DNA of 64,000 nucleotides from Bacteroidales bacterium. Its GTDB lineage: Bacteria; Bacteroidota; Bacteroidia; Bacteroidales; JAADJA01. A model generated the notes under the pieces. The model saw nothing but the letters and a program-made list of their open reading frames with translations. It did no database searches and was not told the origin of the DNA. Shown in pieces: positions 19,855 through 27,770 of the stretch. The stretch lies in NCBI GenBank assembly GCA_016933115.1, contig JAFGBL010000090.1:1277-65276 (forward strand), read 5' to 3'. Every line of letters starts with the position of its first letter. The stretch's first letter is position 1. The position numbers were made by a program, and so were the translations under genes.

Positions 19855-21294
19855 TCATTTTTTATTTTTCACAAGGATTTTTGCCTCCAGCATGTCCAAA
19901 ATGGAATATTTAACCCCTTCCCTACCCAGTCCTGAGTTTTTAACACCGCCATACGGCATGTGATCTACCCGGAATGTCGGGACATCATTTAAGATTAATC
20001 CACCTACATCCAACGATGCAAAGGCCTGATCAATTTCGTTTATATCATTGGTGAAGATGCCGGCCTGCAAACCGTATTTACTGGTGTTTATATGGTTTAG
20101 TGCATCCTCCAGGCTTTGATATGGCTCCAGGGTTACCACAGGCCCAAATACTTCCAGTGCGCATACTTTCATTTCATTATGGGTTTGTGAAAGCACAGTC
20201 GGAGGATAATAAGAACCTTTTCTGGCTCCTCCGGCCAGGATTTTGGCGCCACCCTCAACCGATTCATTTACCCATTGTTCCACCCTGATAGCATTATCCT
20301 CGTCAATCATGGCAGAAATATCGGTTTCAGGGTCCAGAGGATCCCCAACTTTCAAATTTTTAACTTTAGCAATAAACTTATCCAAAAACTCCTTAAAAAC
20401 TTTTTCCTGTACATAAATCCGCTGAGCATGTATGCAAACCTGCCCCGAATAAGCATATCCGCCAACAACACATCTTTTAACGGCTTCATCAATATTAGAA
20501 GTTGCGGCAACAATTACTCCTGCGTTTCCTCCCAATTCAAGGATTACTTTTTTAACGCCGGCTTCCTTTTTCATTTTCCAACCCACAACATCCGACCCGG
20601 TAAACGAAAGTAATTTGATCCTTTCATCTGTAACCAGGTGGTTGCCTGTTTCACGATCCATGGGAATAATGGAAACTGCGCCTTTGGGCAATTCCGTTTT
20701 ATCAATGATTTGAGCCAGGTTAAGCGTGGATAGAGGTGTACTGGAGGAAGGTTTTAAAATAATGGGACAACCGGCTGCTATGGCCGGTGCAATTTTATGC
20801 ACGGCCAGGTTCAGCGGAAAATTGAAAGGGGAAATCCCTGCAACTAACCCAATAGGAAAATATTTAATCAGGCCCTCTTTGTCCTTCCCCGCCTCTGTCC
20901 AATCAAGATCGATGTATTCCCTGGGAAGTCTTTTGGATTCTTCAGCAGCTATGGTAAAGGTTTGGATGGCCCGGTCGACTTCTCCAAGCGAATAACGCAT
21001 CGGCTTGGCCGATTCCAGGCAAATCAGCCTGGCCATATCTTCCCTGTTTTGCTGCAGTTCAACGGCTATTTCCTTCAGTATTTTATATTTAACATAGGAA
21101 GGTAATTTCTTCAGTTCCGTCGCTACCTTCAAGGCTTTTTCAATCGCATCATCCAATTGCTCATAACGGGCCAGGTAGGTTTTACCAATAATTTCGTTGT
21201 TGAAAGGATTTTTAATTTCGTGGATTGAGGGAGATGTAATAAAATGGCCTCCGGCATATATTTTTAAGTTGTACATTGCTAAGATTTTAATCAT
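19855..21294 (-). CDS. NAD(P)-dependent aldehyde dehydrogenase family protein
   Basis: ALDH signatures are present: ELGGNA (catalytic Glu region), GQVCIHAQRIYV (catalytic Cys), FTGS and PYGGVKNSGLGREG. The start may instead be the second Met, 18 nt downstream. Confidence 0.88.
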   Translation of the reverse strand: MIKILAMYNLKIYAGGHFITSPSIHEIKNPFNNEIIGKTYLARYEQLDDAIEKALKVATELKKLPSYVKYKILKEIAVELQQNREDMARLICLESAKPMRYSLGEVDRAIQTFTIAAEESKRLPREYIDLDWTEAGKDKEGLIKYFPIGLVAGISPFNFPLNLAVHKIAPAIAAGCPIILKPSSSTPLSTLNLAQIIDKTELPKGAVSIIPMDRETGNHLVTDERIKLLSFTGSDVVGWKMKKEAGVKKVILELGGNAGVIVAATSNIDEAVKRCVVGGYAYSGQVCIHAQRIYVQEKVFKEFLDKFIAKVKNLKVGDPLDPETDISAMIDEDNAIRVEQWVNESVEGGAKILAGGARKGSYYPPTVLSQTHNEMKVCALEVFGPVVTLEPYQSLEDALNHINTSKYGLQAGIFTNDINEIDQAFASLDVGGLILNDVPTFRVDHMPYGGVKNSGLGREGVKYSILDMLEAKILVKNKK

Positions 21295-21350
21295 TCAGAG
21301 GTTGGCGACAATTCTGGAACCAGCCTGTATGGAATTAAAAAACAAAACTT

Positions 21351-21863
21351 TTAATTTCTTTTGATCAACGGAGTCTGAACCGTATTGCTTTGATGAAGCG
21401 CCCTGTCGACGATATATAATTCAAACATAATGGTATCGAAGGTGGACGAATAATTGTAAATAAAAAGGGTGTCTTCAATTTCTCCCTTGATCGATTTATC
21501 GGATCCGTCAGGCGTTAGCATGGGTATTCGTTGATTAAAGGTAAGGGTATCCAGGGAAACTGGATCAATAATATGAACCTCAACCGTATCACCATTTTGA
21601 AGTTCGAAATATTTGATGTAAAAATTATAATCGTAAGGTGGCAAGGAATCACTTGATCTGAGTCCGATATCTCCATCCCCGTCGGTAAAGGAAATGGTCA
21701 GAACTCCGCGTTCATACAGTCCGGAAACAGGATTGTACAGCTTGATGAAATTCTCAAATTTAATTTCCGGCTCAACAGGAAAATCCTCTTTCTTGCTGCA
21801 GGAGATGAAAACCGCCAGGGTTATCATCATAACGACAAGGTATGTTATCCGTTTTTTCATCAC
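21351..21863 (-). CDS. Hypothetical lipoprotein
   Basis: Signal peptide with a lipobox-like sequence, MMKKRITYLVVMMITLAVFISCSKK. I recognised no family. Confidence 0.55.
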   Translation of the reverse strand: MMKKRITYLVVMMITLAVFISCSKKEDFPVEPEIKFENFIKLYNPVSGLYERGVLTISFTDGDGDIGLRSSDSLPPYDYNFYIKYFELQNGDTVEVHIIDPVSLDTLTFNQRIPMLTPDGSDKSIKGEIEDTLFIYNYSSTFDTIMFELYIVDRALHQSNTVQTPLIKRN

Positions 21864-21940
21864 AAATGAAAGCGTAAAATTAAATAAAATTGAAAATCAA
21901 TTGTCAATTCATGCTAACTTTACATTTTACTTGACTAAAA

Positions 21941-22924
21941 ATGAATTTGACTGAACTCGAACACAGGATTTTCAACATTGACCAGGTACATGAGTTTAAC
22001 GATATTGCGTTGAAAATATTTCAATTTCAGTACACTCACAATCCTGTTTATCGAGCGTTTGTCGATTTTCAGGTGACTAATATTTCCAAAATCGAACATT
22101 ATTCCCAAATCCCTTTTCTACCGATTGAATTTTTTAAAACCCATCAAATTATTTGCGAAGGATACAATCCACAAATTACATTTGAAAGCAGCGGTACAAC
22201 CGGAAACCAGGCGAGTAGACACCACATTGCCAGGGTCAAGATTTACGAAGAAAGTTTTTTAAAAGGATTTGAATTGTTTTACGGAAAACCGTCTGAATTT
22301 ATTTTTTTGGCATTGCTTCCGGCTTACCTTGAGAGAACCGGTTCATCGCTCGTTTATATGGTTGACCAACTGATCAGGAAAAGCGACCATCCTTCAAGTA
22401 ATTTTTTTCTGAACAATTTATCTGAGTTAAAAAGCATTTTAGTGCAAAAGCACAACAGAAAAGTGATCCTGATCGGCGTTAGCTTTGCTTTGCTCGATCT
22501 GGCCGAACAATTCGAACTGGAAATTCCCGGTGTCATCGTCATGGAAACCGGTGGCATGAAAGGCAGAAGAAAGGAGATGATCAGGGTGGAACTGCATCAA
22601 AAGCTAAAAGAACATTTGAATATTCCGGTCGTTCATTCTGAATATGGGATGACAGAGTTATTGTCGCAAGCATACTCAAAAAGGGATGGGATTTTCAATT
22701 GCCCTCCCTGGATGAAAATCCTGATCCGTGATATGAATGACCCCAAAACCATCATGAATAAACAACAGACAGGCGGAATTAATGTCATCGACCTGGCCAA
22801 CATTTATTCCTGTTCATTTATTGCCACCCAGGACCTGGGTAAGATGCACGCCGATGGCAGCTTTGAGGTGCTTGGACGATTCGATAACAGCGATATCAGG
22901 GGGTGTAATTTGATGGTTGTTTGA
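21941..22924 (+). CDS. LuxE/PaaK-like acyl-adenylate-forming enzyme (acyl-protein synthetase-like)
   Basis: FESSGTTGNQASRHH resembles the SSGTTG adenylate-forming P-loop. ETGGMKGRRKEM and the C-terminal GRFDNSDIRGCN are typical of the LuxE-like family seen in Bacteroidota. Confidence 0.55.
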   Translation: MNLTELEHRIFNIDQVHEFNDIALKIFQFQYTHNPVYRAFVDFQVTNISKIEHYSQIPFLPIEFFKTHQIICEGYNPQITFESSGTTGNQASRHHIARVKIYEESFLKGFELFYGKPSEFIFLALLPAYLERTGSSLVYMVDQLIRKSDHPSSNFFLNNLSELKSILVQKHNRKVILIGVSFALLDLAEQFELEIPGVIVMETGGMKGRRKEMIRVELHQKLKEHLNIPVVHSEYGMTELLSQAYSKRDGIFNCPPWMKILIRDMNDPKTIMNKQQTGGINVIDLANIYSCSFIATQDLGKMHADGSFEVLGRFDNSDIRGCNLMVV

Positions 22925-22949
22925 TCAGGACAATTTCTAAATATATTTA

Positions 22950-23621
22950 CTAAAGACGGTACTCCACAGGTTCCCGGATTTCCGGCACATCATTGGCCGG
23001 TGAATTTACCAGTTTCGAAACCGGGTGGGCTGTCATCAACTTTTCATCCAACGGTTTAAGTAAACCCGTTAAAAACCCGGTATCATCTTCCTGCAGCCAT
23101 GGTTTTTCATCTTTTTTTTCAAGGATAACAGGCATGCGGTTATGGATATTTTCCATCAATTTATTGGCTGATGTAGTGATGATAGAAAAAGAGTGGATAA
23201 GTTCGTTGTTTTCATCTTTCCAGGTATCCCAAATTCCAGCCATGGTGAACAGGCCTTCATCCTCAAGGTAAATCCTGTAAGGAATTTTTTCTTTTAGGTT
23301 TATTTTTTTCCACTCATAAAATCCGTCACTCAGTACCAGGCAGCGTTTCCGTTTAAATGAGCTTTTAAATGACGGCTTTTCCATAATCGTTTCGGCTTTG
23401 GTGTTGATCATCTTGTTCCCGATATTTTTATCTTTTGCCCAGAAAGGGATAAGTCCCCACCGGTAAAAACCAAGCCTTTCCGGATCGGCGTTTGAAATTA
23501 CAGCCAGGTTTTGTGAAGGAGCACAATTGTACCGGGGTTTATATTGTGTTGAATCCACTTTTACATCAAAACGGTCTTCGATGATCTTTGCCAGAGGTGA
23601 AAATGAAAATCGTCCGCACAT
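22950..23621 (-). CDS. SOS response-associated peptidase (SRAP/YedK/HMCES family, abasic-site processing protein)
   Basis: The N-terminal MCGRFS carries the invariant Cys2. Also present are YNCAPSQ, PFWAKD, DGFYEW and NRMPVIL. Length is 223 aa. Confidence 0.9.
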   Translation of the reverse strand: MCGRFSFSPLAKIIEDRFDVKVDSTQYKPRYNCAPSQNLAVISNADPERLGFYRWGLIPFWAKDKNIGNKMINTKAETIMEKPSFKSSFKRKRCLVLSDGFYEWKKINLKEKIPYRIYLEDEGLFTMAGIWDTWKDENNELIHSFSIITTSANKLMENIHNRMPVILEKKDEKPWLQEDDTGFLTGLLKPLDEKLMTAHPVSKLVNSPANDVPEIREPVEYRL

Positions 23622-23643
23622 GTATAATTTATTTTATAGTTCA

Positions 23644-23662
23644 ATGTTCGATGTTCGATGTT
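23644..23662. repeat. Short tandem heptamer repeat (atgttcg x2 plus the partial atgtt) in the umuC-SRAP spacer
   Basis: Read directly: atgttcg atgttcg atgtt. On the coding (minus) strand this is AACAT CGAACAT CGAACAT, 23-41 nt upstream of the SRAP ATG. Confidence 0.7.
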
Positions 23663-23734
23663 TTGAAATCCTTGACTTATAAATTTGTCGGATTTCGGCA
23701 TCCGAAGATATAAAATTCCCCTGAAATACTTTAA

Positions 23735-25033
23735 TCAATCCTCAGAATTGTTTTTATAGATTTCATCAGCATCCACCTGCAGTATATCGCTCCACCTGGT
23801 GGTGTAATGGGGCGAAAGATTGTGTTGCCGCATTTTCCAGCCGTTTTCCGTGCCCTGAATGGCAAACTTTATTTTTTCCATTCCGGCCTTGTTGTTAATA
23901 TCATCAATCAGTTTTGAAATTTTATCCAGTTTCGCCCGGTTTTTATTTGACCAAAGATCTACCTGCATACCCATTTGTGGGATTACATCCGATACAATCA
24001 CACCCGATTTTTTGTATTTGTAACCCTTCTTGTAAAGGGCTTTCAAGGCTAACACCGCATAATGCAGCAACTCCTGTGTGTTGTTCGTCGGATTCGAAAA
24101 CCGGATAATCTTGTAATTCACGTATTGGGGACCGGAAGCATATTTATTGGTCATAATGAAAATGAGCAGGGACTGGGCCAATGAGTTTTGCTTCCGAAGT
24201 TTTTGTGCCACTTTGGATACATAAGATGTAGTTGCCTGTTCCAGTTCCTCGTAAGTTTCAATCGGATGCCCGAACGACCTGGAAGTACAAATCTCCTTTT
24301 TGGTATCGGGATTTTTATTTAAAGGATAACAAACCTTCCCGCGAAGTTCGAGTACAATTCGCTGGCCCATCACACCCAGGTGCTCTTTAACCCGGTTTTC
24401 ATCTGAAATTTTCAGGTCATATGCATGATTAATATTATTTCGACTGAAAAATGCTTCATATTTTTCACCAATGCCCCAGATATCAGATAGGTTGGTGCTT
24501 CGAAGAATTTCATCCGGCTCTTTATGATTCATCAGGTTGAGAACACCATTTAATTCAGGCCGGGTTTTGGCAGTATGATTGGCCAACTTGGCTAAAATTT
24601 TTGTCGGAGCAATTCCGACAGAAACAGGAATACCGGTCCATTTCATCACTGTTGATTTGATACGGTTTCCGAATTGAGCCAGTTTTTCAATATCAAAACC
24701 CGATAAATCCAGGAAAGCTTCATCGATGGAATAGATTTCCATTTGTTCACAAAAACGCGAAAGGGTATTCATCACTCTTTGGGAAATATCGCCATACAAA
24801 GCATAGTTGGTTGAAAATACATGAACCTTGTGCTTTTCGATCAGGTCAGGGATTTCAAAAACCGGGATACCCATTTTAATTCCAATGGCTTTGGCTTCTT
24901 CCGACCTTGAAATTACACAACCGTCATTATTGGAAAGAACAACTACCGGTTTCCCTTCCAGTGAAGGGTTAAATATTTTTTCGCAGGAAGCGTAAAAATT
25001 GTTACAATCGATCAAAGCAAAAATATTGTCCAT
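23735..25033 (-). CDS. umuC: Y-family translesion DNA polymerase, UmuC-like
   Basis: The N-terminus ALIDCNNFYASCEKIFNPSLEGKPVVVLSNNDGCVISRSEEAK is a UmuC hallmark. SIDEAFLD and IWGIG are present. Length is 432 aa. Confidence 0.9.
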   Translation of the reverse strand: MDNIFALIDCNNFYASCEKIFNPSLEGKPVVVLSNNDGCVISRSEEAKAIGIKMGIPVFEIPDLIEKHKVHVFSTNYALYGDISQRVMNTLSRFCEQMEIYSIDEAFLDLSGFDIEKLAQFGNRIKSTVMKWTGIPVSVGIAPTKILAKLANHTAKTRPELNGVLNLMNHKEPDEILRSTNLSDIWGIGEKYEAFFSRNNINHAYDLKISDENRVKEHLGVMGQRIVLELRGKVCYPLNKNPDTKKEICTSRSFGHPIETYEELEQATTSYVSKVAQKLRKQNSLAQSLLIFIMTNKYASGPQYVNYKIIRFSNPTNNTQELLHYAVLALKALYKKGYKYKKSGVIVSDVIPQMGMQVDLWSNKNRAKLDKISKLIDDINNKAGMEKIKFAIQGTENGWKMRQHNLSPHYTTRWSDILQVDADEIYKNNSED

Positions 25034-25133
25034 AGCGCTGTATTTACCGGAAAAATAAAAATATATAATTTTCCTTTTCTATCTATCTTTGCCCGTAGAT
25101 TTTTGTTTATATAAAAATTTAAAATTCAGAATC

Positions 25134-26570
25134 ATGCAAACCATTATAAACAAAGCCTCAAGAGTTTCCAAACGCGACAATCTGGTTCTGATCACTTCAG
25201 ACCTGAGAGCCCTCAATGATAAATACCTTGAAAAGTCGGAACTGGAATATATTCGAAATGCCCATAAAGAGTTTAAAAAGTTTCAATTTGCTTTCAACAG
25301 GATGAATAAATGGGACTTTGTTCGCGTAATGGAAAAAGAACGTTCAAAGGATTTGAGATTGGAAAATTACCGAAGGGCAGGAGCCTGCTTTGCCAAAGAA
25401 CTAAATGAAAACAGGCTGAACCGGGTGACTGTTGTAGATTTGGATAATGATCCTGAGAATGTTCTGGCTTTTGCCGAGGGACTGGCTTTAAGCAACTACC
25501 AGTTTATCAAATACAAGAAGGATCAGAACGTGAAAATAAATTCACTGAACCAAATCGATATTTATTCGGGGAAACTGGATTTAAAAGCGATTGATGATTT
25601 AAACATCATGCTCGATGGAACTTTTAAATGCAGGAACCTGGTGAACGAGCCTGTAGTTTTCCTAAATGCGGTAAAATTTGCGGAAGAAATGGAATCCATG
25701 AGCAAAGCATCCGGTGCGAAGGTTGAAATCCTTAACAAGAAGAAGATCGAATCTCTGAAAATGGGTGGCTTACTTGCAGTTAACAAGGGAAGTGTTGATC
25801 CTCCCACGTTTACCACCATAGAATGGAAACCAGAAAAACCGGTCAATAAAAAACCTTATGTTTTCGTGGGGAAAGGGGTTGTTTACGACACAGGTGGCAT
25901 GAATATCAAAACTGGCGATTACATGAATAACATGAAAATGGACATGGCAGGCGGAGCAGCAGTAGTATCTGCTGTTTATGCTATTTCAATGGCAAAATTA
26001 CCTGTTCATGTAATCGCTTTGGTTCCGGCAACAGATAACCGGACCGATGGCAACGCCTATGTGAGCGGTGACATCATTACCATGCACGACGGTACCCGGG
26101 TGGAGGTGATCAATACGGATGCCGAAGGCCGGCTGATCCTGGCCGATGCATTGAGCTATGCCAAAAAATTTAATCCGGAACTTGTGATAAACGTAGCAAC
26201 CCTTACAGGATCGGCTGCACGGGCCATTGGCAAATATGGCATTGTTGCAATGCAATCAAAGGCAGATAGGGAGTTCAGGCAATTGAAAAAAACAGGAGAA
26301 ACAATAAACGAAAAAGTGGTTGAATTTCCGCTTTGGAAAGATTATGAAGATTTACTCAAATCTGATATTGCAGATATCAAAAACCTTGGAGGAGTTGAGG
26401 CAGGTGCTATCACGGCCGGAAAATTCCTGCAACATTTTACCGCATATCCGTTTATTCACCTGGATATTGCAGGAACCGCCTTTACCGAAAAACCCTATCA
26501 TTATTATCCTTCGGGCGGAACCGGAATTACAGTCAGGTTGCTGTTTAATTTTATTAAAAACAAAATTTAA
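25134..26570 (+). CDS. pepA: Leucyl aminopeptidase (peptidase M17)
   Basis: The M17 signature NTDAEGRLILADAL is present, along with VGKGVVYDTGG and MKMDMAGGAAV. The track ORF starts at TTG 25089 and the first ATG (MQTIINK) is at 25134. Confidence 0.9.
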   Translation: MQTIINKASRVSKRDNLVLITSDLRALNDKYLEKSELEYIRNAHKEFKKFQFAFNRMNKWDFVRVMEKERSKDLRLENYRRAGACFAKELNENRLNRVTVVDLDNDPENVLAFAEGLALSNYQFIKYKKDQNVKINSLNQIDIYSGKLDLKAIDDLNIMLDGTFKCRNLVNEPVVFLNAVKFAEEMESMSKASGAKVEILNKKKIESLKMGGLLAVNKGSVDPPTFTTIEWKPEKPVNKKPYVFVGKGVVYDTGGMNIKTGDYMNNMKMDMAGGAAVVSAVYAISMAKLPVHVIALVPATDNRTDGNAYVSGDIITMHDGTRVEVINTDAEGRLILADALSYAKKFNPELVINVATLTGSAARAIGKYGIVAMQSKADREFRQLKKTGETINEKVVEFPLWKDYEDLLKSDIADIKNLGGVEAGAITAGKFLQHFTAYPFIHLDIAGTAFTEKPYHYYPSGGTGITVRLLFNFIKNKI

Positions 26571-26616
26571 TTTTGCAAATAATTGCTGAATGATTTAACA
26601 AAAAGGAGAAATTCCT

Positions 26617-27735
26617 ATGATCGATGAACAAGATATCAAATCAGGTGATAAAGTCAGGGTGGGCATTACCCACGGAGATTATAACAGCATAAGTTACGAA
26701 ATCATATTAAAAACATTTCAGGATATCCGCATCCTCGATTTTTTCACTCCAATAATTTACGGATCTTCCAAAATTGCTTCCTATTTCAGGAAAACTTTGA
26801 ATATACCTGACGTCAACCTGAACCTGATTAAAAAGGCTGACTATGCCAATCCCAAGCGCGTTAATATCGTTAACTGCTTTGAGGATGAGGTAAAAATAGA
26901 AGTCGGCAAAATGTCGCGTATGGCAGGGGAACTTTCTTATTATGCCTTGGAAAAGGCTGTTGAAGATATCCGCACTAATAAAATTGATGTATTGGTCACA
27001 GGTCCGATCAACAAGAAAAATATACAGTCGGATAAATTTGGATTTAGTGGTCATACCGATTACCTGGCTCATAAATTCAATACGGATAACCATTTAATGA
27101 TGATGGTAAGTAATAACCTGAGAATCGGAATATTGACCGGCCATATTCCACTGAGCGCCGTCAGGGAAAAAATAACAAAAGAGCTGGTTCTGAATAAAAT
27201 CCGGGTCATGTGCGAATCATTGAAGAATGATTTCAATACCACAAAACCCAAAATTGCGATTCTCGGCCTTAATCCTCATGCAGGCGACGATGGATTGATC
27301 GGAAGCGAAGAAAAAGATATTATTTCACCGGCCATCGAAATGGCTAAAAAAGAGAATTTTTTGGCTTTTGGACCATTCCCGGCAGACGGATTCTTCGGTT
27401 CATTAAGCTACATGAAATACGACGGGGTGCTTGCCATGTACCACGACCAGGGAATGATTCCATTTAAAGCTATCGCTTTTGATGAAGGTGTTAATTATAC
27501 AGCCGGCTTACCTGTCGTCCGCACCTCACCCGCACATGGCACTGCTTTCGATATCGCAGGGAAAAATATTGCATCTGAAGCCTCCATTCGCGAGGCCATT
27601 TACCTTGGGATACAAATATTTAAAAACCGTAAACTAAACTCGGAATTAAACAAAAATCCTTTACCTTTAAAAATCACTGAAGAACAACCCCAACACAATG
27701 AGCAAAATTCAGAGGATAAAGATTTGAAGGAATAA
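26617..27735 (+). CDS. pdxA: 4-hydroxythreonine-4-phosphate dehydrogenase
   Basis: PdxA motifs are present: VTGPINK, GHTDYLA, GLNPHAGDDG and TSPAHGTAFDIAGKN. There is a C-terminal low-complexity tail. Confidence 0.9.
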   Translation: MIDEQDIKSGDKVRVGITHGDYNSISYEIILKTFQDIRILDFFTPIIYGSSKIASYFRKTLNIPDVNLNLIKKADYANPKRVNIVNCFEDEVKIEVGKMSRMAGELSYYALEKAVEDIRTNKIDVLVTGPINKKNIQSDKFGFSGHTDYLAHKFNTDNHLMMMVSNNLRIGILTGHIPLSAVREKITKELVLNKIRVMCESLKNDFNTTKPKIAILGLNPHAGDDGLIGSEEKDIISPAIEMAKKENFLAFGPFPADGFFGSLSYMKYDGVLAMYHDQGMIPFKAIAFDEGVNYTAGLPVVRTSPAHGTAFDIAGKNIASEASIREAIYLGIQIFKNRKLNSELNKNPLPLKITEEQPQHNEQNSEDKDLKE

Positions 27736-27770
27736 ACTAAAGTTACCATAACCCGATTAAAGGAAATTTT

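Noticed and set aside
23644-23662. Considered whether the tandem repeats here, or the repeats at 63421-63583, could be a degenerate CRISPR array
   Set aside because: The units are 7-12 nt with at most 2-3 copies, there is no regular repeat-spacer structure, and no cas genes are present.
22950-25033. The idea that umuC plus SRAP marks a prophage or integrative element, as SRAP and UmuC homologues do in some Firmicutes prophages
   Set aside because: There is no integrase, recombinase, phage structural gene, tRNA attachment site or flanking repeat nearby. The neighbours are core metabolic genes.
26603-26608. Canonical Shine-Dalgarno-like AAGGAG, 8 nt upstream of the pdxA start codon
   Set aside because: It is an isolated instance. 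Other genes in the window lack such sites, and Bacteroidota generally do not depend on SD pairing. It is probably chance.
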